41,616 nt of DNA, taken from the NCBI GenBank assembly GCA_029932605.1, contig JAOZPT010000019.1:1-41616 (forward strand), given 5' to 3'. The notes below the pieces were generated by a model that was not told the DNA's origin, made no database searches, and saw only the letters and a program-made list of their open reading frames with translations. How positions within the stretch are numbered: position 1 is the stretch's first letter; every line of letters starts with the position of its first letter. This stretch comes from Candidatus Zixiibacteriota bacterium. Its GTDB lineage: Bacteria; Zixibacteria; MSB-5A5; UBA10806; 4484-95. The translations under genes were made by a program, and so were the position numbers. Positions 28,184 through 37,020 of this stretch are shown piece by piece.

Positions 28184-28926
28184 AGATACTTAAGGTCGCC
28201 TTAATTTGTTTGATACTCATAACGGTATTGGGCGAAATCTCCTTTGCCCAGACCCTTCCCAAAATCACAGTGGGTGTAGAGGAGGCAAAAGACGCCAAAG
28301 ACCTCTCGGTTACACTTCAGATACTCCTTTTACTTACAGTCCTGACCTTAGCTCCGGCGATTATTATAATGTTGACCTCATTTGTCAGGATAGTGGTGGT
28401 TTTTTCGTTTTTACGGAATGCTATCGGGACGCATCAAATGCCCCCTAATCAGTTGATGGTTGGTTTGGCTTTAATCCTTACGCTATTTGTTATGGCGCCA
28501 ACTATAACTAAAATCAATGAAACCGCCCTTCAGCCATACCTTAAAAATGAAATAACCCAGAAGAAGGCTTATGATGTGGGTGTTCAACCCATAAGGGAGT
28601 TTATGTTAAAACAGGTGCGTGAAAAAGACCTGGCGCTATTTGTCTCTTTTGCAGGAATACCTCAACCCCAGTCGGCAAATGAGCTGCCAACATATATAAT
28701 TATTCCAGGTTTCGTTATCTCCGAGCTCAGGATAGCCTTTCAGATAAGCTTTATCATATTTATACCATTTCTGATAATCGATATGGTGGTAGCGTCGGTT
28801 TTGATGTCGATGGGGATGTTGATGTTACCGCCGATTATGGTGTCACTACCGTTTAAGATACTGTTGTTCGTTTTAGTTGATGGCTGGTATTTGTTAATAA
28901 AGTCGATGCTGACAAGTTTTCACTGA
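28180..28926 (+). CDS. fliP: Export gate FliP
   Basis: TSFVRIVVV, PPNQ, ISEL..AFQI, SLPFKILLFVLVDGW. Confidence 0.97.
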   Translation: MKILKVALICLILITVLGEISFAQTLPKITVGVEEAKDAKDLSVTLQILLLLTVLTLAPAIIIMLTSFVRIVVVFSFLRNAIGTHQMPPNQLMVGLALILTLFVMAPTITKINETALQPYLKNEITQKKAYDVGVQPIREFMLKQVREKDLALFVSFAGIPQPQSANELPTYIIIPGFVISELRIAFQISFIIFIPFLIIDMVVASVLMSMGMLMLPPIMVSLPFKILLFVLVDGWYLLIKSMLTSFH

Positions 28927-28958
28927 CGGATTTTAATTGACAGGTAAGGGGTAATATT

Positions 28959-29228
28959 ATGGATATGCAATATGTAATTTCTGTAGGACGTGCAGCTATT
29001 TTCACCACCTTTATGGTGGCATCGCCGATGCTGGTTTTTTCTCTGATAATCGGGCTGGGTGTGGCTATTATTCAGGCGATAACCCAGATCCATGAAATGA
29101 CACTGACCTTTATCCCCAAAATTATAGCTGTAGCAGTTGCTTTAGTTATCTTTCTTCCCTGGATGATAAAGACACTTCTAAGTTTTACAGTTCAGCTTCT
29201 GTCGATGATACCATCGATGGCTTATTAG
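28959..29228 (+). CDS. fliQ: Export gate FliQ
   Basis: QAITQIHEMTLTFIPKI. Confidence 0.97.
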   Translation: MDMQYVISVGRAAIFTTFMVASPMLVFSLIIGLGVAIIQAITQIHEMTLTFIPKIIAVAVALVIFLPWMIKTLLSFTVQLLSMIPSMAY

Positions 29229-29243
29229 GTCTTATTCCTGCAC

Positions 29244-29263
29244 GGCAGACCTCTCGGTCTGCT
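29244..29263. other. Short hairpin after fliQ (terminator or degenerate REP)
   Basis: GGCAGACC-tctc-GGTCTGCT. Confidence 0.45.
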
Positions 29264-29318
29264 GATATCAAAGGCTTCTAGAGGACATGTGCCATCCACG
29301 ATACCAGACTATTTTTTT

Positions 29319-29354
29319 GGAAAAAGCTTCATCTATAGACTGGAATATTTTTCC
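29319..29354. promoter_or_regulatory. Candidate tandem enhancer sites
   Basis: GGAAAAAGCTTCA (29319-29331) and GGAATATTTTTCC (29342-29354), 23 bp apart, ~100-125 bp upstream of the -24 box. Confidence 0.4.
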
Positions 29355-29449
29355 CACAAATTAGAATAGACCATAGAAACATCCCTGAAAACTTCATCTA
29401 TCTTATTGAATTACAATAGGTTGTGAATATATGCCGGGAGTAGTCCTTC

Positions 29450-29465
29450 AGGCATAAGCTTTGCT
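29450..29465 (+). promoter_or_regulatory. sigma54 promoter of the fliR-flhBAF-flhG-fliA operon
   Basis: AGGCATAAGCTTTGCT (GG-N10-GC) just upstream of the AAGGAGG RBS. Confidence 0.75.
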
Positions 29466-29493
29466 CAAGCACTGATAAGGAGGATTGTGCCTG

Positions 29494-30279
29494 ATGACTT
29501 TTCTGCAACTGGGTGCGCTTGAATTTGAGAAGCTGTTGTTCGTTGTCTTACGGGTTGGTGGAATAATGACCGTGGCTCCCGTGTTTGGCCACCGGAATAT
29601 CCCCAAGATGCTTAAAATCAGCATTATTTTCATAATAAGTATAGTAATACTGCCGACAGTTCCTTCCTTACCTGTAAATTTACCTTCTGATTTATTCAGT
29701 CTAATTGGCATTCTGGCAAAAGAGGTAACTGCCGGTTTACTTATTGGGTTTACCTCTTTACTTCTTTTTTTTGCGGTTCAGTTTGGTGGTAACATTATCG
29801 GCCTGCAGATGGGGTTCGGTATCGTTAATGTCATTGACCCGAATTCATCAGCTCATGTTCCGATAATTGGCCAGTTTCAGTTCTTACTGGCAATATTGAT
29901 TTTTCTGGCCATCGATGGCCATCACCTTGTCCTCTCAGCAGTAATAAACAGTTTTCAGGCGATACCTCTTGGACAGATAAATTTCAGCAAGCTTTCTGCA
30001 GAGATCATCGTCCGAGCTGGCGTTGATACTTTAGCCTCAGCTATCAAGCTGAGCGCTCCCTGCATTGTTACCTTGTTTTTGGTGGATGTAGCTATGGGGA
30101 TAGTGGCACGTACCGTTCCCCAGATGAATATATTTATTGTTGGGTTTCCATTGAAGATCAGCATTGGTTTGGTGATGTTGGGTATATCGTTCCCGTTTGT
30201 TGGGTATGTATTTACCAAGCTTCTTCAGGGTTTAAATGCAGATCTTGATTATCTCATCATGGCAATGCGGCCGGTGTAA
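29494..30279 (+). CDS. fliR: Export gate FliR
   Basis: APVFG, GLQMGFG, DGHHLVL, RTVPQMNIFIVGFPLKI; start at ATG 29494. Confidence 0.96.
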   Translation: MTFLQLGALEFEKLLFVVLRVGGIMTVAPVFGHRNIPKMLKISIIFIISIVILPTVPSLPVNLPSDLFSLIGILAKEVTAGLLIGFTSLLLFFAVQFGGNIIGLQMGFGIVNVIDPNSSAHVPIIGQFQFLLAILIFLAIDGHHLVLSAVINSFQAIPLGQINFSKLSAEIIVRAGVDTLASAIKLSAPCIVTLFLVDVAMGIVARTVPQMNIFIVGFPLKISIGLVMLGISFPFVGYVFTKLLQGLNADLDYLIMAMRPV

Positions 30280-30282
30280 TTT

Positions 30283-31347
30283 ATGGCAGAGGAATATAGC
30301 CAGGACGAAAAAACTGAACAGCCAACTCCCCGGAGGCGGGAAAAGGCTAGGAAAAGAGGTCAGGTTGCCCGCTCTCAGGAGCTCAACTCGGTGGTTGTCA
30401 TCTTCTTTGGTGTTCTGGCTCTGATGATATTCTCCAGCTATATATTTTCAAACCTGGTTAGTCTATTTCATTTTAACTTGGCCAATATATATACTGATCT
30501 GAATATCGCTACAACATACGATCTTTTTATCTCCAACGGTTCAACATTGATAAAAACCGTTGCTCCGGTTCTGATACTGGTGGGTCTGGCAGGGCTTTTG
30601 ATAAACCTTGCCCAGGTTGGCGTGATGTTCACTCTTGAGCCTCTTACTCCTAAACTGGATAAGCTTGATATAATAAAAGGGCTTAAGAGACTTTTTTCAA
30701 CCAAGACGTTGTTTGAGTTATTTCGAGATACTATCAAGGTATTTATAATCGGTTACGTTGCATTTATAACCCTTAAGGGTGAGATGAATAACTACATACC
30801 ACTGGCGGACCAGGAAGTTGGCCAAATTATGTCATTTGCTACCAGAGTGGCTTTGAAAGTTGTGTTGAGAGCGGTTGGAGCCTTACTGTTTCTGGCTATA
30901 CTTGATTACGCCTATCAGAAATTTGAATTCGAGAAAAAATTGAGAATGACTAAGAAAGAGCTTAAAGAGGAATTTAAGCAGTATGAAGGTGATCCTCTGA
31001 TTAAATCGAGGATACGGCGTATCCAGCGCGAGATGGCTCGCACAAGAATGCTTCAAGAGATACCTGACGCAGATGTTGTGATTACAAACCCCACTCATAT
31101 CGCCGTGGCTTTGAAATATGATGCCGATACGATGTCGGCGCCCAAAATGATTGCCAAGGGTGAACGTCTGCTGGCGGAAAAGATCAAAGAGATAGCCGTT
31201 AAGGCCGCAGTACCAATCGTTGAAAACAAGCCGCTGGCCAAAGCCTTATTTGAGGCAGTAGAGGTTGGCATGATGATACCACCCAGGTTATTCAAAGCGG
31301 TGGCAGAGGTGTTAGCTTATGTTTACAAACTTAAAGGTAAAATCTGA
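30283..31347 (+). CDS. flhB: Export protein FlhB
   Basis: EKTEQPT, EGDPLIK, intact NPTH autocleavage motif. Confidence 0.97.
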   Translation: MAEEYSQDEKTEQPTPRRREKARKRGQVARSQELNSVVVIFFGVLALMIFSSYIFSNLVSLFHFNLANIYTDLNIATTYDLFISNGSTLIKTVAPVLILVGLAGLLINLAQVGVMFTLEPLTPKLDKLDIIKGLKRLFSTKTLFELFRDTIKVFIIGYVAFITLKGEMNNYIPLADQEVGQIMSFATRVALKVVLRAVGALLFLAILDYAYQKFEFEKKLRMTKKELKEEFKQYEGDPLIKSRIRRIQREMARTRMLQEIPDADVVITNPTHIAVALKYDADTMSAPKMIAKGERLLAEKIKEIAVKAAVPIVENKPLAKALFEAVEVGMMIPPRLFKAVAEVLAYVYKLKGKI

Positions 31348-33428
31348 TGGCTGATTTGACGGGTACTGATAAATCGTTATTGGCCCGCCTTACCGATTAT
31401 TCCGATGTAGTTCTGGCGGTGATGGTTGTTGCCATCTTGGGAATTCTGGTTTTACCTATACCACCGAAGTTTCTGGATCTCATGTTGGCCTTTAACATAA
31501 CTCTATCGATGGTGATACTTCTGGTTACGATGTATATCATCAAGCCTTTGGAGCTATCTGTTTTTCCAGGCATGCTTTTGATTGTAACGCTCTTCAGGTT
31601 ATCATTGAATGTAGCCTCAACCAGACTGATACTTGGCCGGGCATATGCTGGTGAGGTTATTTCCTCTTTTGGTAATTTTGTTGTTGGCGGTAATTATGTA
31701 GTTGGTTTCATCATTTTTGCCATCCTTGTGATCATTCAGTTTGTGGTTATCACTAAAGGCGCTAGCAGAATTGCTGAGGTTGCGGCGCGGTTTACCCTTG
31801 ACGCTATGCCTGGGAAACAGATGGCTATTGATGCCGATTTGAACTCGGGGCTTATTGCTGAAGAGGATGCTAGGCGTCGTAGAAATGAGATCAGCCGTGA
31901 GGCTGATTTCTATGGCGCTATGGATGGCGCTTCCAAATTCGTTCGTGGTGATGCTATCGCAGGAATACTTATAACTATTATAAACGTAATTGGCGGCATA
32001 GTAATCGGTGTTGTCCAGAAAGGGATGCCAGTAGGCCAGGCTCTTCAAACCTATACTCTGTTGACTGTTGGAGACGGTCTGGTTACACAAATTCCGGCGC
32101 TGGTGGTTTCAACCTCAGCCGGTATAATCGTTACACGGGCTGCTTCAGAATCAAACCTGGGAAAAGATCTTACCAGACAGATAACTTTCCAACCAAGAGC
32201 TATTATGGTAGCCGCTTTCATACTGATGATTTTCGGTATCGTGCCTGGTATGCCAACATTGCCTTTTATAATGTTGGGTGGAATTACCGGTGGGATTGCC
32301 TATTCAGCTATCAAAGCCAGGAAAAAACAGGAGAAAAAGGCTGAGGTTATTGAGGAGAAAAAAGAGATTCCCCCAGCAGAGCGAATGGAGGAATACCTTA
32401 AGGTTGATCCCATGGAGGTTGAAATCGGTTATGCTCTTATACCGTTAGTAGATGTATCACAGGGGAGTGACCTTCTCGATAGGATAAGCATGATCCGCCG
32501 TCAGATAGCCTTGGATCTGGGGCTCTTGGTTCCTCCTATCAGGATTCGTGATAATATGCAACTCAAGCCGAATGAGTACCAGATTAAGATTCGCGGACAT
32601 AACGTTTCCTCATTTGAGTTGTTTCCCGATCAATTTTTAGCGATAGACCCAGGTCTTGTGACCGAACCCGTAGAGGGGCCAGATGTAATCGAACCGGCTT
32701 TTGGACTGCGAGCTAAATGGATAAGCGAAAACGTCAAATCAATAGCTGAAAAGCGTGGTTACACCGTGGTCGAGCCTGCGGCGGTGTTAGCAACCCACTT
32801 AACCGAAATCATAAAATGTCATGCCGCGGAGTTACTGACACGTCAGGAGACCTCCAATTTGATAGAAAATATTAAAAAAGAACATGGCGCATTAGTCGAG
32901 GAGGTTGTTCCAGCTCAGGTAAGTCTAGGAGTTATTCAGAAGATATTGCAAAACCTTCTTGAGGAAAAAATTCCCATTAAAGATCTACCTGTCATACTTG
33001 AGACTATAGCCGATTTTTCATCGTCATCAAAAGACCCGGATATCTTGACTGAATACGTAAGGTATAACCTCGGTCGGACCATAACTGAGATGTATTTGAA
33101 CTCTGTTGGCGGGATAACGGTTATGACTCTTGATCCTGAGATTGAAAAGAAAATTGCTTCTGCTATACAATCAACCAAACATGGATTGGTGCTGGCGCTT
33201 CCACCTGACCTGGCCTTAAAAATTCAAGAAGCTATGAAGCAACCCGTTGAGGAGATGCAGGCACAGGGATATACGCCAATACTTCTGGTATCTCCCAACA
33301 TCAGGCTGGTATTTAAACGTTTTATCAAGCATGTCACTCCTGATTTGGTAGTGATGTCCTACAATGAATTGCTTCCGGATATCGAAGTTGAAAGCATAAA
33401 AACAGTGAGGTTATCAGATGATAATTAA
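31347..33428 (+). CDS. flhA: Export protein FlhA
   Basis: EVAARFTLDAMPGKQMAIDADL, FYGAMDGASKFV. Confidence 0.97.
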   Translation: MADLTGTDKSLLARLTDYSDVVLAVMVVAILGILVLPIPPKFLDLMLAFNITLSMVILLVTMYIIKPLELSVFPGMLLIVTLFRLSLNVASTRLILGRAYAGEVISSFGNFVVGGNYVVGFIIFAILVIIQFVVITKGASRIAEVAARFTLDAMPGKQMAIDADLNSGLIAEEDARRRRNEISREADFYGAMDGASKFVRGDAIAGILITIINVIGGIVIGVVQKGMPVGQALQTYTLLTVGDGLVTQIPALVVSTSAGIIVTRAASESNLGKDLTRQITFQPRAIMVAAFILMIFGIVPGMPTLPFIMLGGITGGIAYSAIKARKKQEKKAEVIEEKKEIPPAERMEEYLKVDPMEVEIGYALIPLVDVSQGSDLLDRISMIRRQIALDLGLLVPPIRIRDNMQLKPNEYQIKIRGHNVSSFELFPDQFLAIDPGLVTEPVEGPDVIEPAFGLRAKWISENVKSIAEKRGYTVVEPAAVLATHLTEIIKCHAAELLTRQETSNLIENIKKEHGALVEEVVPAQVSLGVIQKILQNLLEEKIPIKDLPVILETIADFSSSSKDPDILTEYVRYNLGRTITEMYLNSVGGITVMTLDPEIEKKIASAIQSTKHGLVLALPPDLALKIQEAMKQPVEEMQAQGYTPILLVSPNIRLVFKRFIKHVTPDLVVMSYNELLPDIEVESIKTVRLSDDN

Positions 33429-34605
33429 AAAATTTATTGCTCCTACAATGACCAAGGCACTCGCCAAGGTTAAAGATGAGTTTGGTGACCGGGCGGTTAT
33501 CCTTAAAACTCGCATGAATCGGAAAACAGGTGGTGTTGGTGATATAGAGGGTAAGAACGTTGAGGTTACAGCTGCCATGGAGACTCCATCTCAATCGAGA
33601 TTTGATATAACCGCAGAACCGTCATGCGAACCTAAGGGACCTGTAACCTCATCATCAAAATTCCCTTTTGAAAAAATGGAGCGCCTGACAGAGGAAATAA
33701 CAAATATCAAAAAATGCCTTAACGAGAAATCCAGTTTTTCCACAACAGATTCATTTTTTGGTTATCTCTCTACTGAATTATTAAAAGCGGGTAGAGACCT
33801 GGTTGCTCACAATCTCTCCGAACAATTATCACATGAAATCGTCACAAACCTTGCTAGAAGTGAGGATGCTTTAAGTATTGATGCGATCGAGATCAGAGTT
33901 CGCATTAAACAGAAGTTGAGTTCAATGATTCTTCCCGGTGAACCAATAGAAATAAAGGATAACGGCCTGACTGTGGTGATGTTTGTCGGTCCTACCGGTT
34001 CAGGAAAGACCTCGGCAGTAGCGCGTATTGCGATGCAGTATAAAGTTGAGAAAAACGGGAATATTGCAGGAATAATATCGGCAGATAATTTCAGGGCTGA
34101 TTCAAGCCAGCAAATAAAATCGTTTTGTAGGATACTGGGATGTCCCTGTGGGATAGTCTATTCGCCGGAGGAGTTGTCGATGGCGATAAAATCCAAAAGC
34201 CGAGGATTACTTTTAATCGATACCCCGGGTGTCAATCCCAGAAATGACAAGGAGATGGACGAATTGCAATCATTGATCAAAGCGGCTAAGCCTCATGAGG
34301 TGCATTTGGTGGTTTCAGCATCGACTCCGGCTAAGGACATGGTCAACATGCTTGAATCTTTTGGTGAATTTGGCACCGATAAAATTTTCATTTCGAAGCT
34401 TGATGAGACAGAAGCACCCGGTGGAGTTATAACAGCGGTTATCGGTTCAGGCAAGAGGTTGTCCTATGTAAGTTGTTCACGGGAGGTCCCTGGGCAGTTT
34501 GGAATTGCCAATCCAGAATCATTAGCGATGGCTGTTTTGACAGGTTCTCCTGTTAAGGAGGGCAAACCACAATGGCAAATGGAAGCAGTAGGGGTATGGC
34601 AATAG
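33418..34605 (+). CDS. flhF: SRP-family GTPase FlhF (divergent)
   Basis: MIIKKF..AL..VK...G..AVIL start; GPTGSGKT, DTPG, SKLDE. Confidence 0.9.
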   Translation: MIIKKFIAPTMTKALAKVKDEFGDRAVILKTRMNRKTGGVGDIEGKNVEVTAAMETPSQSRFDITAEPSCEPKGPVTSSSKFPFEKMERLTEEITNIKKCLNEKSSFSTTDSFFGYLSTELLKAGRDLVAHNLSEQLSHEIVTNLARSEDALSIDAIEIRVRIKQKLSSMILPGEPIEIKDNGLTVVMFVGPTGSGKTSAVARIAMQYKVEKNGNIAGIISADNFRADSSQQIKSFCRILGCPCGIVYSPEELSMAIKSKSRGLLLIDTPGVNPRNDKEMDELQSLIKAAKPHEVHLVVSASTPAKDMVNMLESFGEFGTDKIFISKLDETEAPGGVITAVIGSGKRLSYVSCSREVPGQFGIANPESLAMAVLTGSPVKEGKPQWQMEAVGVWQ

Positions 34606-35366
34606 AAACTGTTTTTGGTTTAGCGATTCTCTCCGGTAAAGGTGGAGTCGGGAAATCTGTCATCTCATTGAACCTTGCCCTGGCTCTTGGGCATTTAGGA
34701 ATTAAGACATTGTTGTTTGATGCTGCTGCTGGCGATCTGGCCAATCTTGCTAATGTCGGTCAGATTACTATTAATAAGGCTCAACCCGACGTTATTCAAA
34801 TCACCGATAACGTTAAATTGTATACCTCGGCAGTAACGAATTCTTGCACGACGTTTGATGAAGAAGGTGTCGAAGCGTTCTTGGCCGAGCTCATAAGGGT
34901 AACTCCCGGTTATAATTGTGCGGTTTTTGATTGCCCGACGGGTGTTGGACCAATCTCATGTATCCTGGGAGGTCTTTCAGAAAAAATAATCGTTGTAAGT
35001 ACCCCTGACCCAACTTCTATAGCAGGGGCGTATCTTCTGATTAAGAGGTTATATCATGATGGATTATCCGAAAGGTGTGGATTGCTTTTTAATTGTGTGA
35101 AATCAGCTGATGAAGCGGCTTCGCTAAAGACCAGATTTGATATAATGACACGCCGATTTCTAAGTAAGCAGTTCGAGCAAATTGGGTATATCCGTGATGA
35201 CTCTATGCTATCAGAGTCGGTATTAGAACAACAACCGCTTTTACTGGAGAAACATCAGAGTGATTCAAGCCTTGATTTTATAAGTTTGGCTGAAAGTTTA
35301 CGTCATTTAAAAGGGTTTCATTTTGAAACAGGGGTTTTAAAAACTAATTCTAATAACGGAGCATAG
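34596..35366 (+). CDS. flhG: MinD-like ATPase FlhG/FleN (divergent)
   Basis: SGKGGVGKS, DCPTG, TPDPTSI..AY..IK; lies between flhF and fliA; start 34596 (track 34572). Confidence 0.85.
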   Translation: MAIETVFGLAILSGKGGVGKSVISLNLALALGHLGIKTLLFDAAAGDLANLANVGQITINKAQPDVIQITDNVKLYTSAVTNSCTTFDEEGVEAFLAELIRVTPGYNCAVFDCPTGVGPISCILGGLSEKIIVVSTPDPTSIAGAYLLIKRLYHDGLSERCGLLFNCVKSADEAASLKTRFDIMTRRFLSKQFEQIGYIRDDSMLSESVLEQQPLLLEKHQSDSSLDFISLAESLRHLKGFHFETGVLKTNSNNGA

Positions 35367-35392
35367 GTTTTGGTAGACGATAATATAAGTAA

Positions 35393-36187
35393 ATGGGGAA
35401 TAAACGCTTAGTATTGCAGGGTAAGGCTATGGCGACACAGACAATTTGGGAAAATTATAAAAAAACAATGAACCCGAGTATTCGGGACAAAATGTTAAAT
35501 GAATACCTTCCACTGGTTAGAAATGTAGCCGGTCGTATGGCTATAGGATTTCCCAAGTCAGTGGAACTTAATGATCTTATCAGTACCGGTGTAATAGGAT
35601 TAATTGAGGCGTTCAATAATTATGACCCATCAAGAGGGGTAAAGTTTGAAACGTATGCGGTTCCCCGGATACGGGGGGCAATACTTGATGAATTAAGAGC
35701 GTTGGATTGGGTTCCCCGTTCCACACGGGCAAAATCACGTGAAATCGAAAAAGCCATGACGAAGCTCGAAAATCGATTAGGAAGGTCACCTTCCGAAAGA
35801 GAATTGGCCAAACAGCTAAACATCTCTACTGATGAACTTTTGTCGGCACTGGATGATGTATCATCAACAGCCCTACTCTCGCTTGATGAATTAATCTGTC
35901 GTGAGGACGATAATCGTCAGGTTCCGCGCATTGAAACAATCCAAAACGATAATGTTGATAACGTGCTCAACGATCTTGAACGAGGTGAATTGAGGATGTT
36001 CCTCATCAATGCTATAAGTACTCTTTCTGAACAAGAACGTTTGGTGGTGGCATTGTATTATTATGAGGAGCTTACGCTTAAGGAGATTGGAGAAGTGATG
36101 TTGATTTCCGAGTCGAGAGTTTCCCAGATTCATACTAAAGCAGTGTTGCGTTTAAGAGCCTTGATAAGAGAAAGATTTGCGCTTTAG
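35393..36187 (+). CDS. fliA: RNA polymerase sigma28 FliA/WhiG
   Basis: RIRGAILDELRALDWVPRS, LTLKEIG...ISESRVSQIH; alternative start 35429. Confidence 0.96.
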   Translation: MGNKRLVLQGKAMATQTIWENYKKTMNPSIRDKMLNEYLPLVRNVAGRMAIGFPKSVELNDLISTGVIGLIEAFNNYDPSRGVKFETYAVPRIRGAILDELRALDWVPRSTRAKSREIEKAMTKLENRLGRSPSERELAKQLNISTDELLSALDDVSSTALLSLDELICREDDNRQVPRIETIQNDNVDNVLNDLERGELRMFLINAISTLSEQERLVVALYYYEELTLKEIGEVMLISESRVSQIHTKAVLRLRALIRERFAL

Positions 36188-36246
36188 ATTGTTTGGCAAC
36201 TCGTATTTTGTTTTGACCGGCTCGATTGAGTTTTAGGAAAGGGATT

Positions 36247-36534
36247 ATGGTTAAACCGGTCGATCTGCAGGATAATCTTTCCAAAACAGAGCATCTGGAG
36301 AAAATTCAGCAGTTAAAAAAATCTGTTCCTGAAGAGGCTCAAAAACAGTTTGCTCAAGAAATAGCGAGGAAAGTTTCCGATGGTAGAAGTAGGGTTAGCT
36401 ATCTGCCCCAGGTTGACAAGATTATTATTCAACACGATAAAAGAAAAAAGAAAAAATCAGATGATAAAAAAAAACAGCGCAAAAAATATAAAAACAATGA
36501 TGGTTTAAGTAAGAAGATAAATTACATCGCGTAG
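36247..36534 (+). CDS. Small basic hypothetical protein, flagellar-locus type
   Basis: VKPVDLQ start, Lys-rich segment, KKINYIA end; AAAGGGA RBS. Confidence 0.7.
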   Translation: MVKPVDLQDNLSKTEHLEKIQQLKKSVPEEAQKQFAQEIARKVSDGRSRVSYLPQVDKIIIQHDKRKKKKSDDKKKQRKKYKNNDGLSKKINYIA

Positions 36535-36543
36535 GGAGATAAA

Positions 36544-36939
36544 ATGTTTTTTGTTTATTTATGGGTTATTCCCGCATTGTTTCTGTTCAACTTGCTTTTA
36601 TCAGCATGGATGGTATTAAAGATAGACAAACTTGAGAAGTTTCAGAGCGATGAAGCCCGCACCAATCTCCAGCTGATGAACCAGTCACTTAACCGCCTCT
36701 CTGATATTGCAGAGACGTTTGAAAAGCAAGATTATCATTCACATGTGCCTGATCGTTTAAGGGGGGGAGATTTGAAGGTCAACTCTGATTTTAGCAAAGA
36801 AAAAAAGGCGTTGACCTTAATTCAGCAGGGAGAGAACCCAAGACAAATCAGTCGAAAACTTGGTATTTCACGCTCGGAAGTTGAACTATTGGTTGCTTCG
36901 GAAAAACTTGGCAATGGTCGTAGACCAAACAGAGGTTAG
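36544..36939 (+). CDS. Membrane-anchored protein with C-terminal HTH-like motif (DUF6115/DUF2802-like)
   Basis: N-terminal TM, coiled coil, ISRKLGISRSEVELL; GGGAG RBS. Confidence 0.75.
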   Translation: MFFVYLWVIPALFLFNLLLSAWMVLKIDKLEKFQSDEARTNLQLMNQSLNRLSDIAETFEKQDYHSHVPDRLRGGDLKVNSDFSKEKKALTLIQQGENPRQISRKLGISRSEVELLVASEKLGNGRRPNRG

Positions 36940-36960
36940 AGTTGCTGTCAAGTTTGTCTA

Positions 36961-36987
36961 TTTAGAAAAATTAGCATATGCCGATAG
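36961..36987 (+). promoter_or_regulatory. Possible sigma28 promoter of the DUF2225-PilZ genes
   Basis: GCCGATAG -10 at 36980-36987; poor -35 (TTTA at 15-nt spacing). Confidence 0.4.
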
Positions 36988-37020
36988 TCATATAAGTCAA
37001 CTCTTAAGAGGTGAAAAGAT

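Noticed and set aside
29411..29423. IHF-like sites between enhancers and sigma54 boxes
   Set aside because: Only degenerate matches (e.g. TTACAATAGGTTG) in AT-rich DNA
35354..35383. sigma28-like GACGATAA before fliA
   Set aside because: No TAAA-like -35 at the correct spacing
36194..36209. TGGCA after fliA as a sigma54 promoter
   Set aside because: No GC at the -12 position
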